Below are positions 10,232-24,000 of a stretch of DNA of 64,000 bases, one piece after another; the stretch's first letter is position 1, and each line of letters starts with the position of its first letter. The notes below the pieces were generated by a model that was not told the DNA's origin, searched no databases, and saw only the letters and a program-made list of their open reading frames with translations. The translations under genes were made by a program, and so were the position numbers. Source of the stretch: an uncultured Rubripirellula sp. (GTDB lineage Bacteria > Planctomycetota > Planctomycetia > Pirellulales > Pirellulaceae); the NCBI GenBank assembly GCA_938085445.1, contig CALKGR010000076.1, positions 25,921 to 89,920 on the forward strand. Direction: 5' to 3'.

Positions 10232-11638
10232 TCAGAATTCTGATTGCCAATGTTGCCATTGATGGACTAATTCAGCCAATTTTTCTGGTTCTGCGGTTGA
10301 CTCATTGACTGCTTCAATTGGGTCATCTTTCAGATGAAACAGTTGCCATGGTTCGTCAGGTCTTGTTCGGACGATCTTCCAGTCTCCCATACGTAATGCG
10401 GCGTGCTTTCTGAATTCGAAGTACAAGGATTGGTGTCGGCTGGGGGACTTTCCCGTCAGGACCGGAAGAGCATCCTTGCCATCGAGCCTTGTGTGCGGCA
10501 GTTGCGCGTTGGTCAATTTTGCAAACGTGAATAACAGATCCGGGGACCACAGCGGCTGATCGACCACTGTTTCGGCTGGGATGACTTCAGGAAAACTTGC
10601 CATGGCAACGACCCTTAAACCACCTTCCCAGCAGGTGACACCGCCATCGCGCAACGGTTCATTGGAACCGATATCGATTCCATCGCGGTTGCGTCGGAAT
10701 GCTCCATTGTCAGAAAAACAGAAGATGAATGTGTTCTTTGTGGCCCCCTCGCTATCAAGGCAGTCGAGTACTCGACCTATTGCGTCGTCCAATGCGGTTA
10801 CCGTTGCCATGTAACGAATTTTCGGATCGGTTTCAGTTTCGGATATGCCATATCTTGCGAACGCTGCGGCCGGCGCCTGCCATTGATTGATCTGCCCTGG
10901 CAGTTTGTTTTTCGGATTGGGTGAATGAGGCGCATTGAAAGGCAGATAGCAGAACCAAGGCTGCCTGTTTTGATGACGTGTGATGAAATCAATCGCGGCA
11001 TCAGCGAAAAGGTCTGACGAGTAAGTTCCGGTGGCATGATGTTCCGTGATCGGCCTTCCCGCTATTCCACGATAGACGTCATGCTTCCCGTTGTAGACAT
11101 GACGGTAGTAGTCGATGTTGCCAGATGCGTTCCCAAGAAATTCGTCAAACCCGCGTTCAGTGGGGCGTGATCCTTTGGCGAATCCGATGTTCCATTTGCC
11201 GAAGCATCCTGTCCGGTACCCGGCAGACTTCAGGATTTCGGGCATCAGAATCTCGTTGTGGTTCAACCCAACCCCGTAGTTACCCTCCAAGCCTGGTAGT
11301 TGGTTGATCAGTCCGTGTCGTTGTGCGATGCGTCCGGTGAGCAGGCATGCACGTGAGACAGTGCAAGTTGGGGATGCGGTATAGAACTGAGTGAGTCGGA
11401 CTCCGCGACTTGCGAGTTTGGCAAGATTTGGTGTCAAGATCTTTGAGTCTGGATTGTAAATCTGAAGATCCCCATACCCAAGATTATCAACTGTCATCAG
11501 CAGGATATTGGGGCGTTGTGAATCGCCCTCGTTAGCGACCGCCGACATCGCGTAGGCCGTGCAGCAAAAGAGCAGCAAGCCGTTGCGAATTCCTTCTCGT
11601 GCCCAGCTTGTCATTATTAATTGAAGGCGGCGGTTCAT
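10232..11638 (-). CDS. Cys-type sulfatase with variant CTVSR motif
   Basis: RPNILLMTVDNLGYGDL; SPTCTVSRACLLTG; GKWNIG; FSDNG; start uncertain (ATG 11638 chosen; ORF track starts at 11746). Confidence 0.9.
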   Translation of the reverse strand: MNRRLQLIMTSWAREGIRNGLLLFCCTAYAMSAVANEGDSQRPNILLMTVDNLGYGDLQIYNPDSKILTPNLAKLASRGVRLTQFYTASPTCTVSRACLLTGRIAQRHGLINQLPGLEGNYGVGLNHNEILMPEILKSAGYRTGCFGKWNIGFAKGSRPTERGFDEFLGNASGNIDYYRHVYNGKHDVYRGIAGRPITEHHATGTYSSDLFADAAIDFITRHQNRQPWFCYLPFNAPHSPNPKNKLPGQINQWQAPAAAFARYGISETETDPKIRYMATVTALDDAIGRVLDCLDSEGATKNTFIFCFSDNGAFRRNRDGIDIGSNEPLRDGGVTCWEGGLRVVAMASFPEVIPAETVVDQPLWSPDLLFTFAKLTNAQLPHTRLDGKDALPVLTGKSPSRHQSLYFEFRKHAALRMGDWKIVRTRPDEPWQLFHLKDDPIEAVNESTAEPEKLAELVHQWQHWQSEF

Positions 11639-12007
11639 TTTGGTTCGGCTAGGTAGGTGAAGTCGGCCGCACTGAGACACCTCGCTTGGTGTTGTTCCAT
11701 TGAGTTGCCCTGCATTCTGCGTCGCGTGAGGCTGCATCCCATGCATTTTTGGCCAAGTGCGGTGAAAGTAGTTTAACGCCTCAACGCTGCGATGCCGGTT
11801 CTTTCCGCGGTAGTGGTGATTCCTGAATTGGTGGTTGCCTGCTTTCTCTGAAGGGGGGGGCGGTTTGACGCACCGAGATGTAGTTGTTGTCGTTTTTGCT
11901 TGTGTTTTTCAACACATGGTACAATCTTCGCCTCTATTTGCGTGCTGAATATTTTTTTCTGTTCCGCCGCCCGCCATTTAATTTCCGTCGTTATTAGACA
12001 TTCACCC

Positions 12008-15000
12008 ATGAAGCTACGAACTAGAGACAGCCGGTCACGCCGCCTCCGCGCCAGAAACTCTCTACGGGCTGCGAGGCGACGTAAAAGAGTTGGTTTGGAA
12101 AGACTTGAGGATCGTCTGCTGTTGACTGCCTGTCCTGGCGGCGCGGAGCCAATCGCCGGTGATTACAACCTTACCGAGGCATCTCTTCCGTTACAAATTA
12201 GTGTGCCGATCTGTTACGAGGGTTCCATCAACATTGATGTGACTCAGCCAATCACCGTCAATGCGGAGGTCATCAGCACAACGGGTTCTATTCGTCTGAA
12301 CAGTACCCAGTCGCTGACGATCAATCAGGCAATCACCAGTGATGAGGATGGGATCACGTTAGATGCCGATGACGAAATCACCATCGGGGGGATGCTGTTG
12401 GCAGCCGCTGAAATTGAGATTACCGCGGAACAGGCAATTGGCATTTCCGCTGACGTTGTCAGCAGTGAAGGAGGGGTCACTGTCGATGCCGACGACAAGA
12501 TTACCATTGGCGCCAAGTTGCAAGCATCTGGCGGGATTGAGGTCACCTCGCACAAATCAATCGATGTTTCCGCCGACATTGTGAGTAGTGGAGGAGAAAT
12601 CACACTGGAGGCAGTTCACAAACGATTGAACTTTGGGATCAGCGCGCTCGACCAAATCCAGGACTTGTTGACGCTTGGTTCGGGACAATTGAAAGTGACC
12701 GTTGGAGGTGAGTCGGAAGAAGTACTGATTAGTGGCGCGGAAGGTGTGTCAATCACGGCGGAAGCCGGTATCAACGACAAATATAACATTGGAGCCAACA
12801 CGTATTTCAAGAATATCTATCCGGTTGTGATGGAGTTATTGGGAAAGCCCGACTTGTTTACGTTGCCGGTATCAGTTCAGGTTTGGAACCCGTTGGCTGA
12901 GGTGACGACTCAGAACGTGACCTTGATTTCAGAAGGTGGTGAAGTCACTGTGTCGGCGATTGCCGAAGCCAACGCAAAGGGCAAAGCGGTATGGAACCGG
13001 GTTGTCGGGACAGGGGAGAAAGCGGGCGAAGGAATAGGCTTCGATAAAGGTGGCGGGGCCGCAGGTTTTTTCTTCACCGATGCCACCGCAACGATTGATA
13101 TTCTCGACACCATCATTTCGGGCGACGGAGTTGAAGTCTCAACGGAAGTCAAAAACGAGATTGAGCTCGAAGTCAATGCGGTCACCAATAACGGACTCAG
13201 TAACACGAATCCTTCATCGGTGGCGATCGGTTTTGGGCTTACTGAGCTGAGGACGACATCAACGGTTCATGTAGATCAGAATTCTCTGATCAGCAGTTCC
13301 GGAAATGTCAAAGTGGAAGCGACAGGGGAAGATGACAATAGTAACTCGGTCAAGGCGACCGCTTACCGAGATGGAGTCGTTGGTGCGGCAGCTGGATTTA
13401 CCTACACCGACGGCACCATTTCAGCCGTGGTGGATGGAGAAATTACCCTGACGCGTGAAACGGCGGTGGACGAATCTGAAACCTTGCCAGATGCACTCGA
13501 TTTCAATCCTGCGTTGCAGGTCGACTTCACAAACAGTTCGGTGCAGTTTGCTGGGACAACTGATTACGAAACGGCGGACGCTGTTCTGTTCACAAGTGCT
13601 GATAGCGGCACAATTCCCGGCCTGATTCCTGACACGGTGTATTACCTGATTGTCAACAGTGATACGACCAACGAAACCTACCAGCTTCAATTTGCTGCAA
13701 CTGCAGAAGATGCGACCAACAATGAACCGATGTTGTTTGGCGCTGCTTTTCCGACGTTGACCAATGCCCGCACCAATGTGACGGCTCCGATCACGATTAC
13801 CGTTATCGATTCGGATGGACGACATCTGATCTTGTTCGGTTATGAGGCGACACTCGGTGGAGAATCTCTTTACGAAGACAACGATGTTGTGACTTACCGA
13901 TCGTCAGCCGATCGATTTCTCGGTTATGAAGATCAGAACAACAACAACTTGTTGGCTCCGCTAGCTGAGGGTACCTACACCGTTGCGACAGTGGATTCGC
14001 CTTTCGTCGAACAGTATCCGCTTGCTATCGAGTTGCTCGACAGTTCAGGCAATCCGATTGCGCTCAATGGTGCCTCGTATTTGGAAAACGCATCGGGGAT
14101 CTTGTACCCAATCAGTTCCTATGACTCGACCCAGGATTCGGTAGACCTTTCCACGATCGCGATTGATTCGTCGACCAATGAAGTGGTTGCGACGCCTCCC
14201 ACCGTGCCTGTGCAACAGGGTGAGTCACTGGTTTTTCATGCGGGGCTAAATAACAGCATCGCAACCCTTGGTGAGGGAGTCACCTACTACGCGATTGTTG
14301 ACACGAGCAACGAAGGTAGCATTCAACTCGCATTAACGCCCTCACAGGCAGAGTCATCAAATCCGGCGGTTCAAAACGCCCAAGCTTCTTTGACCGCGGA
14401 GGTGAATGGTCAGGTGGTGTCGATTCCGATCGGTAACTTCGAAATGGGGCTTGGCCTGACATTCTCGGAAGATCCGAATCTTCCCAATGGTACCTCGGTG
14501 GTTTACAACGCGGTTGCGGAAAAGCCAATCAATGGCTTGACCGATCAGGCGACCTACATCGCCTACAACGTGAACAATGTCAATGCAAATCCGGCAGTCC
14601 CTCAGTTTATCGTCGCATTGGTGAATCCAGAGGCGGTCGATCTGAGCACGACGGCAGATTCGGGCACTTTTACGTTGACGGTGACGGATTCTCAAGGTGC
14701 TCAGGGGACTACCGGACCGATCGCGTGGAATGCCGCGTCGGATGATTTGAACGAGGCAATTGATGCGTTGCAACTTCCCGGTGTCTCGGTAGAGGTCAGT
14801 GGGTTTGGGACGCCACAGTCACCTTGGTTGATCGAAGGCTTGGGCGATGACGACGTTACGGTTAATTCAAGTCAGCTCGGCGAAGGAGACGCTGCTGCGA
14901 CGGTAACGCTGCAGCAGGCTGAGATGGGGACTGTGTTGAAATCGGATGCTGTGTCCGGGACTTTTACCTTGAACTACACCGATCCTGCCCTCAGCATCTC

Positions 15001-18000
15001 GGGAGAGTTCGAGCTAAACATCACCGCTGATTCCGGTACCTTCACTTTGACGGTTACCGATTCCCAAGACAATTCAGAAACGACCGAGCCGATCGACTGG
15101 AATGCATCACCCACTGAATTAGCTGCTGCGATCAATGTTCTGCCAAATTCTGGTGGCTCGGTGTTAGTCAGTGGCATCGGGACGTCGCAGTCGCCTTGGT
15201 TGATTACAGGCATGGGTGACAATGCCATCACGATTGATTCGAGCGAACTCCGCGACGGAGATTCGGCAGCGTCTGCTTCTCTCGAAACGGCCAAGCAATC
15301 CTTTTCGACGATACCTCTGGCTTGGAATGCGACCCCTAATGAAGTCGCTACTGCACTCAATGCACTCCCGAATTTGGCGGTATCTGTCAGTGGAATGGGT
15401 AACGCGATTTCACCATGGCGAATCCAAGGGCTACTTCCCTCGGAGGTTACGGTTGATCGCACTGCGCTGGTCAACCGTTTCCAGCAGCAAGCGTCGGTGC
15501 AGATGACCAGTGATTTGCAAGTCGCGTTTTGGATCGGTCAAACGTTTCAAGCGAACGGTGATTCATTCACCCTGACCGGTGCTGACGTCGATGAAAACAC
15601 ACTGACTTTGCTGCTGTCCGACGACGCACCTGTGGTTTCAGCTGATGGAACGTCGCTCGATAATGGCAGCGTGACATTCAGCTCGGTGGATGCCGGGGCC
15701 ACACAGATGTTTTCGTTTGCTGACAGTGGAACGTTTACGCTTACCATCACTAATCCACGAACGGGCGCCACGTCTACGACGGATGCGATCGCCTGGGATG
15801 CTGATGCGTCGATAGTTGCCGAAGAGATCGGCGTCTTGAGCGGGGTCTCGGTGGATGTGAATGGCAGTGGTTCGATTCAGTCACCTTGGCTGATCAGCGG
15901 GTTGAACGCTGATCAGTTGGAGGTGAACAGCGATAGCTTGTTAAGGGGGACGACTCAAACGAACCTTTTCTATCGTTCTACATCGTATGCTGCCAACGTG
16001 GTGTCCACCGATGCAGACGGCGGCACATTCACGCTGACGTTTTCCGTGGACGGTGAGGCAACGGAATCGAATCCAATCGCTTACGATGCGACGGCTGCGG
16101 AGCTGACGGATGTGCTGCGTGCCTCCTCACCACGCCTGAGTGCCGAGGTGTTTGGCCGTGGGACGGAAGCTGAGCCGTGGGTGATCATTGGGCTTGCGCA
16201 ACCGATTGAAACTGGCGATGCCCTTACTTTCAATGATTCTTGGGATCTTCAGAGTCTCGGGTTGCTGGATGGCCAGACCTACTATGCGGTGGTCAATCCG
16301 CAAGCGTTGGATGCTGACATGCTCATTGTGGGCTTGGCGGGTAGCGCGGTCGATGCGATGGCTAACCCTCCTGTTCTGTTGTCACTATCTTCCTCGCTCG
16401 ATCTGAGAACCGGTCCATCCACGATCATGACGGGGGCGGAGGAATCGCTTACGGCAATCCCCGAGGCTTTGGAGTTGGAGATCAGCACGGAGCTGGAATC
16501 AGGGGATTCGGTGACTGCTTCCGGTGGGATCGGTGGTCGTCCAATGCTGGGCTACTACACTGACGGTGCCAAGTCGGCCAAGTCCAGGTGGTTCTCGAAA
16601 GAAAAAGCTGAGGGGCCCAGCGCGATTGATCATGAGATAACCGAGAGAACTCCCGAGCACCTCGCAGATAAAGTCAATCGATTCTCCGCGACGTTCGGTG
16701 TATCGATCTTGGATGTCAAGAACGATGTTCAATCAGTCATTGGAAATACAGCTACGATCGGGGCCGAAGGTAATGTCGCTGTAACGAGTGATCTGACTGA
16801 AAAAATCCACGCTTCTGCAAATGCCGGTTTGGCGAAACAAAGCTCAAAAGGTGAATCGGCGGTGGATCACAGCAAAAGCAGTGCGGTGGCAGTGGCGACA
16901 GTGGTGGCAGTTTTAAATAACTCCAGCCAAGCTGTGATTGAATCGGATGCCGAGGTGACTGGTACCGAGGGGGTCGAAGTTGCTTCCGAGATTACCTACC
17001 CTCGTCGCGATTCGATTCCCGGCGCCGACGGTGGTGGCTGGGATGAAGCCTATGGCATCATCAAAAGTTTGGCCTTGAATCCGACGGTCAACGCGGTCGA
17101 GTCCTGGTTCTTTAATACGTCGACCAACGTCGGCATCAAAGGGGTTGGCAGCGAAGACTCGAAAAGACTGGATTGGATCCTGACTGGCAGCGTGATTGTT
17201 GAGGATATCACTAATCGCAATCTAGCTCAGATTGCCGACGGGGCGCAGATCAACCAGAGTACGTCCGGTTTTTCCTGGTATGACGTCGCGGCGGAAACGA
17301 CGCTCCAGACGGCTGACCTTGGTGAATTAGAGCAAACCAACGGCGTCTCTATCGATGCCAAGAGTGACATGACGCAGTGGGGAAGCGCCGGTCAGCTTTA
17401 CATCGGTTTGAACCTGCTCACACTTGGCACAGCGGATCTCGCAAACAATATTCTGCCATTTAAAAAATCTAGCCGTAATGCGTTCGGTGGTTCGGCTAAC
17501 TTTGTGATCATTTCGGAGCAAACCCAAGCCTTGCTCGGTGGCGTAGATCCAGATGGCAATGCACCTCAAAACACTTCCACAAATGTGACTTATGGTAGTG
17601 GTGAAGACAACGTCGGTTTGTCTGTTCAGGCTGAAACTGCAACTGAACTGATAGAAATCAGTCAATCAGCTGGTAGCAGCTCTGGCTTCGGATTCGAGGC
17701 TAGCACTACGTACCTGCTGATGGGCGAGAACGAGGAAAACGATGCTGACCGTGGCCAGTTCACGTACGCCGAACTCAACTCGGAGAACCTTCCCATTGAA
17801 TTGACACCGATCAGTGGGACTGTCGGTGAAGTGGTGGTGGAAGCAGCGGACAGTAGCGACCTCTGGGCGATCAGTGGTGCGGTGATGCTGGGTGCGACCA
17901 AGGGCATTGGGGTCAGCGCCTCGGTGATCGAATTGAATCGAGACGCCGCAGCCGGCGTTGGATCAAGAACTGCTGGTGGCACACCGAAGTCGACCAATCG

Positions 18001-21000
18001 AAAACAGGCAGGCGGTGACTTTACTATCGACGCGTCGATGGACGGAACAATCATGCCAATGGCGCTCGTTGGGGCGATTTCAGCTAGCCGTAATTCTTCA
18101 ATTGGTGGAGATGGTGAGGACAAGGTCCCCGCGGAAGGCGACGTCGGTGGAGCATCAAGTATCGAAGGAAAGTGGGGCCTCGGAATTTCCGGTGATTTTT
18201 CAGGTGCGTTCGTTGATGATAGAACGCAGGCGTATCTCAGCAGTCCAGGTACCATCTCCGGCGTCGAAAGTGAGGGCACTGAACTGAGCGTGCTGGAGAT
18301 TTCAGCGAAGAACGAATCGATCATGAACCCAATTGGTGGTCAAGCGACGATTTCGATTGCACGCGGTAAGTCGGGAGCTATGGCGGGAATTGCAGGCTCA
18401 GCTTCTGTGGCAGAGTACCAATCCCTTGTCACAGCCATGCTCGAAAACGCGACAGTCGAGTATCTCGGCATAGATCTGCAAGCACTCAATGAAAAACGGA
18501 TTGGTACCTGCGCGGCCGGCCTTCAGGTCCAGGCGCCAAAGGGTGCGGATCTGCAAATCGCCGGTTCAGTGGTGGTCAACGAAATCGAGAATACAACGAT
18601 TTCCTCTGCTACCAACCTCACACAGAGTGAAGGCCTTGGCGAAATCAGCTTGAGTGCTCTGCAGCTGGATCAGATTTGGGGCGGTGCCGGTACGGCAGCG
18701 GTCACTTACGATCGCCGCAGCGACAAGCCGCGTGCAAAAACGGCGGTTGGAGTAGGGATGAGTGCCGTCTGGAACCAGATCGACAATACAACCATGGCAG
18801 AGGTCGTCGGTAGCACGCTTCATCAGAGTGAGGGTGTTTTTGACGTCACGGCGGAGGACTTCACGTCAAGTCGGGTACTCAGTGCTGGGGTGAACGTCGC
18901 GGTGCCCTCAGGAGCTAGCATTGAAATTGGGGGTATGTGGGCGACCAATTATCTCTCCCCCAACACAACGGCACAGGTCTCTGGCAGCACGATTGAAAAT
19001 GCTGCCACCATGGATCCCATGACGGTGGTGGCAGTGCTAGCACCTCAGATGGAATCGTTCGCCGGCTATTTTTCCATCGACTTTGGGAAACCGCTCTCGA
19101 CCAAAGAGACACAAATCGGGATTGGGGTAGGGGCTGCTGTTATCGTCGCTCGTTTGGGACCCAATGACGATGATGGAGCCGCACTCCCCACACTTGCTCA
19201 GGTAACGAATTCGACGATCGATCGCATGGGGAACATTACCGTGCAGGCCTACACCGGAGCCCTGACCGATCAAACCGCCTCATTTGTCCCGAGGCAAAAT
19301 CTCGTCGAATCTCAAGTGGGGGAACAGAGCATGCACTCCCTTGCGATCGCAGGAAGTGCGCAGGGCGAGAATTCTGCCGACAGTTCGTTTTCACTTGGGA
19401 TCGTTGTCAATGGTGCCGTTGTCGTTACGGATATAAAAATCAGTACTCAAGCAACCGTGACAACGAACTCGCAGCTCAATCAGAATTCTTCAGCCAATGA
19501 ATCCCAGTCGACGGTTCAGGTACTCGCAACCAACCAATTGAACGTGTCAACCGATGCAGGTGGGGCATCGGTTTCTGAAAGTGTTTCGCTGACAGGATCC
19601 TCGGTCGATATCGCAGTTGGCGGTGCCGAGAACTCGTTCGATTCATCCAGTCATACCTCGGCAACGATCGAAAATAGCTCCGCGGTGATTGGGGAAAGCG
19701 TGAACGTGATCGCACGACACTCACCGATAAGTGATAACGCTGCATTCGGCGTTGCTGTTTCTGTAGCCGTTTCCACGGCGGAATTTGGCGCCGCGTTCGG
19801 CTTTTCTGGCGCGTTCCTTCAGTCTGATCAATCAGATTCCGTGCATGCTGGTATCTCGGACAGCAACGTGACTGTTAGTGCTACGCTCACTGTTCAGGCA
19901 GATGATCAATCAAGGATGACGACCGGCAGTGGGGCCGGCAGCTTGCAGGTCTCCTATGGCTCCGCAGGTGCGGTCGCGCTCGCTCCCAGCGCGGTGACCA
20001 ACAAAGTGACCATGGGCAATACGGTCTTGGCATGGATTGGCCAGCAACCTCTCGCTGATGGCACCTTGGTCGATCATGCGATTTCCGCTGACGGTTCGAG
20101 CGTTAATGCAGGAGGAGCGATCACCGTAGCAGCAACCTGCGACCAGGCAATTCTGAATAAAGCGATTGCCGTGGCGGTAAGCGTTTCCATTGCCCCCGAT
20201 TTCGCTAGTGCAGCGGGATCCGGTTCGGGAGCTTCTTCGAAGGTTACCACGAATAATATCATCAAGGCGGCCGTGAATGGGGTATCGGACTTCACGGTCG
20301 AAGGAGTCGCTGGTTTGAGTGTCAAAGCCACTGACTCTGGTAACACTGACGTTACGGTTGGAACGGCAGCAGCATCACTCGGATGGTTTGGTGCGTCCAT
20401 CGGGGTTTCTCTTGCGGAGATCGTGAACAACGATCAAGTCGTGTCGGAAGTTCAGAGTACTACGATACGGACGGGCGGTACCAACGATACCGGCGCACCG
20501 GTTGAAATCGTCGCAGAGGATAGAGTGCAGCTGACAACCGATTCGGTTGCAACGTCGCTTTCGATTAGCATTGGTGCGTCGGGAGCCGGTGGCAACTCAA
20601 ACATTACCAGCAATGCTGAAGTCGCCGCTTCCTTTGGGGATGGGGCCACGATGACCGCGTTGCCGGGTGCCGTCTTTGGTGATTTGACTGTCAAAGCAGA
20701 CAGCTCTGAACAAATCCTAGCCGAGATTTTTGGGGGCTCCGGAGGCCTTGGTTCGGTGGGTGTCTTTAACTCTGATGCAGAGCGGGCTGGATCGACGCTG
20801 GCGATTCTCAGTACAGTTTCGGCTCTTGACGTGAATGACCTCAGCGTGATTGCATCGACCACGCAGGGTGTCACGTCTGAGGGGATGTCAGTCACGATCG
20901 GTGGGCTGGCCGGGACGGGAGAAAATCATAACGTGACCGTGCGAGAGTCGGTATCCACAATCTTTACCGGGCAGAATCAGCAATGGAATATTGATGGGAA

Positions 21001-24000
21001 TCTACTGGTGACAGCCAGTTCGACCAACGTTGCAACGGCAAGAACGAGTGGAGCTGGCGGCGAGGGCGAGGACATCAGTGCTTCGCTGATGGGCGTGGGC
21101 TTTTTCAAAGTGGACAGCGATGTTTCTCCCAACGTGTCATTGCAGGTTGCGGAGGTGAACCTGAATGTAATCGGAACAACAACCTTTGACGTAAAAGCGA
21201 GCAATCAGAATAACACGCAAGCCAAATCAGGGTCCGGTTCGTTGGTTGGGGGAGATGCCGCAAAAGCGACGACCACGAATTCTCCCAACGTCGAAATGAC
21301 CATCAAGCAGATGGACTTAATCTCCGGGCCAACGAACATTTCGGGCATCATTGAAACACGCTATTCGACCAATGCAAATTCTGTTTACGCCACGGAGGTC
21401 GGGGGATCCGCTGCCAGATCCTACAACACCTCCGAGCCAGTCTTGACACTGAGTGTGGGTACCCCAGACGCGACCACGGCTGACACGACCATTCAGGCCT
21501 CGGGGACGGTCGCTGTGTCAGCATCCAACACGTTATTGGGGATCGGCGATGGCAACAGCAAAAATGCTGCAGGTTTCATGGCTCGAGTTGGTGCCGGTGG
21601 TGGCATCTCGGGATTTGGTGGCACCGCGAATTCCACCGTGACTGGTAGTTCAACGATTGAGCTCCACGACTACGTTTCCATTGAATCTACGGAAAACGGG
21701 AATGTTGAAATTGGATCCACTAACGACTGGCAATCAACCCAGTTGACCCATTTGGGGACGGGCGGTGCCATTAATGGCGCGGGGGTTCAATCGATTTTGG
21801 ACTCCACTCTGAACAACACGATCACTGTCGGATCGGATGTTCAGATCGTCGCTCCTGGGGGGGAAATTGGTATTGGTACCAACAATTACAGCGCGACCAC
21901 CAGTAATGCGGATTCCTACACGTTTGGGTTGGCGGGGGGCAGCAGCAGTGATTCCAGCAATGAAATGAAATCCACTCAAACGGTGACGATCGGTAGTAAC
22001 ACAAAACTGCATGCTGGCCGGGATATCGTTGTCACCGCTGGTTACAACCCTGTTGGAAACAAGGGCACTCTGATGGATGTCTATGCCGTTGTGACAGCCC
22101 GTTGCGCTGGCCTGCTGGAGATTCCAAGCACGACGGCTGATGCCAGTGCAACGGTGAACAACGCCGTCACAATCGAGCCGGGAACTTCGATCATCAGTCA
22201 CGCAGACGTTGAGTTTGGTGCTGTGCCAGGAATTAACAATGCATCTTGGTATACGTTTGCCAACATCGACGGCGCTAAAGGCAAGGTGCATCAGGGGAGC
22301 GATGGTTTGACCGAAAGTAATGCGGTGACATTTGATGGAGAAGTAATCGCGGGCAACATGAACGAATTGTCGGTTGTGATTCCTGCTTCCGGTGATACCA
22401 TCAATGTCAATAATCTGGTCAGTGAAACGATCGCCGAATCAATCACGACGATTCAGCCACTTCCGAATGATATTTTTGACGTATCCAATGCGTTTCTTCC
22501 TTTTCAGGTTGTGCGTGATCCGAACTATGACGCGACCCAGCTACTCGATGGGTTAGACGCCACCTCACGAGCGATTCTTGAATCCTCAATTTCGGACCAG
22601 CCTGTGGTCGCCATCAAGCTGACCGATTTGGCGGCGGTGGGAGGACAAGCTGTTCTTTACGCCGATACATTGAATGGCAGTGGCAGTGTGACAGCCAAAG
22701 TGCCCTCAGTCAGTATCAGTAACAGCAGTCCTGCTTACCTGCTGCTGGGTAATTTGGGAGAGGACGCGCCAAACAATGCACCAGCGAGTACCTTGGCGGC
22801 GAACACGTTGAACATGGGACAGGTCAACATTGTTGGTGGGGCGGACCACCCTAGCTCAATTAGCTTCCACCAAACAAACGCTGTTCCGGAAATTGTGATT
22901 TCTCAAACCTACGGGGAATCGATTCCTGGCAGTTCTGCTGGACCTGCCGTTGCTATCGAAAAAGACATTGTCAATACGGCAGGATCGGTTCAGATCACCA
23001 ATGTGATGGGTGCTCTGGTTCAGACGGCACCGATCAACGCAAAATCAGTTTCCATCAGCACGCCAAATTCGGCCTACATCGTAAGCACTCCCGCTGACTA
23101 CTACGGATCCAGTGGCGAGATCATCGACTACTGGACGCCGGGAACTTCACTGTCGGGAGATGGCACGTTTGAAACCCCATCGACATCTTCTTACATCTAC
23201 AATCCCAGCGGGAGCGATTGGGATTTTAATGGGTCATCAGGCGTATCCACCAACGGCAGTGGATTCACTTCAGGAAACCCAGATGCTCCCCAAGGAACGC
23301 AGGTCGCTTTTTTGCAGGAAAAGGGACAAATCAGTCAGTACATCGACAGTATGACGGATGGCAGTTCTTATGTCATGCAGTTCAAAGCGGCGCAACGCGA
23401 GGGCTATCCCGAACAGAGTATTGAAATCGCCTTGGATGGGCAGTCGCTATGCACCATTACGCCCACTTCGATCAGTTACGACATTTACAGTTGCAGTTTT
23501 GAAGTTCCCGCCAAAGAAACGGTCGATACAGATTCACTGCTTTTAACCGACGGCGTTAACGATACATCCAAGGCGTTTTGGTATCAGGATCGAATCGATC
23601 TTCCGGAGTCGGGAACAATTACTTTCGATTTCACTTATCAGGCGGGTGGCGATAAGGCAGCCGATGGGATCGCCTTGGCGTTTCAAAACGTTGGCGTCAA
23701 CGCGATTGGCGACAGCGGTGGTGCCTTGGGGTACGTTGGCATTGCGAGCCCCACCGCGGCCTACCAAATCAACTTGTATGACGGGCACGTGCAGGGCTCG
23801 AATTTTGTTACAGACAATAGCTCCGGAAACTATTTGTCAACCAGTCCGGTGGACTTCAACAGTGGTAACGAGGTCCGTGTCCAACTCGTTTACGATGCGG
23901 ATGCAAATACCGTGACAGAAACCCTTACCGACTTGACCGCCAATACGACGTACTTCCAAACCTACGAGAATATTGATCTAAGAGATCTGCTTGGTGCTTC

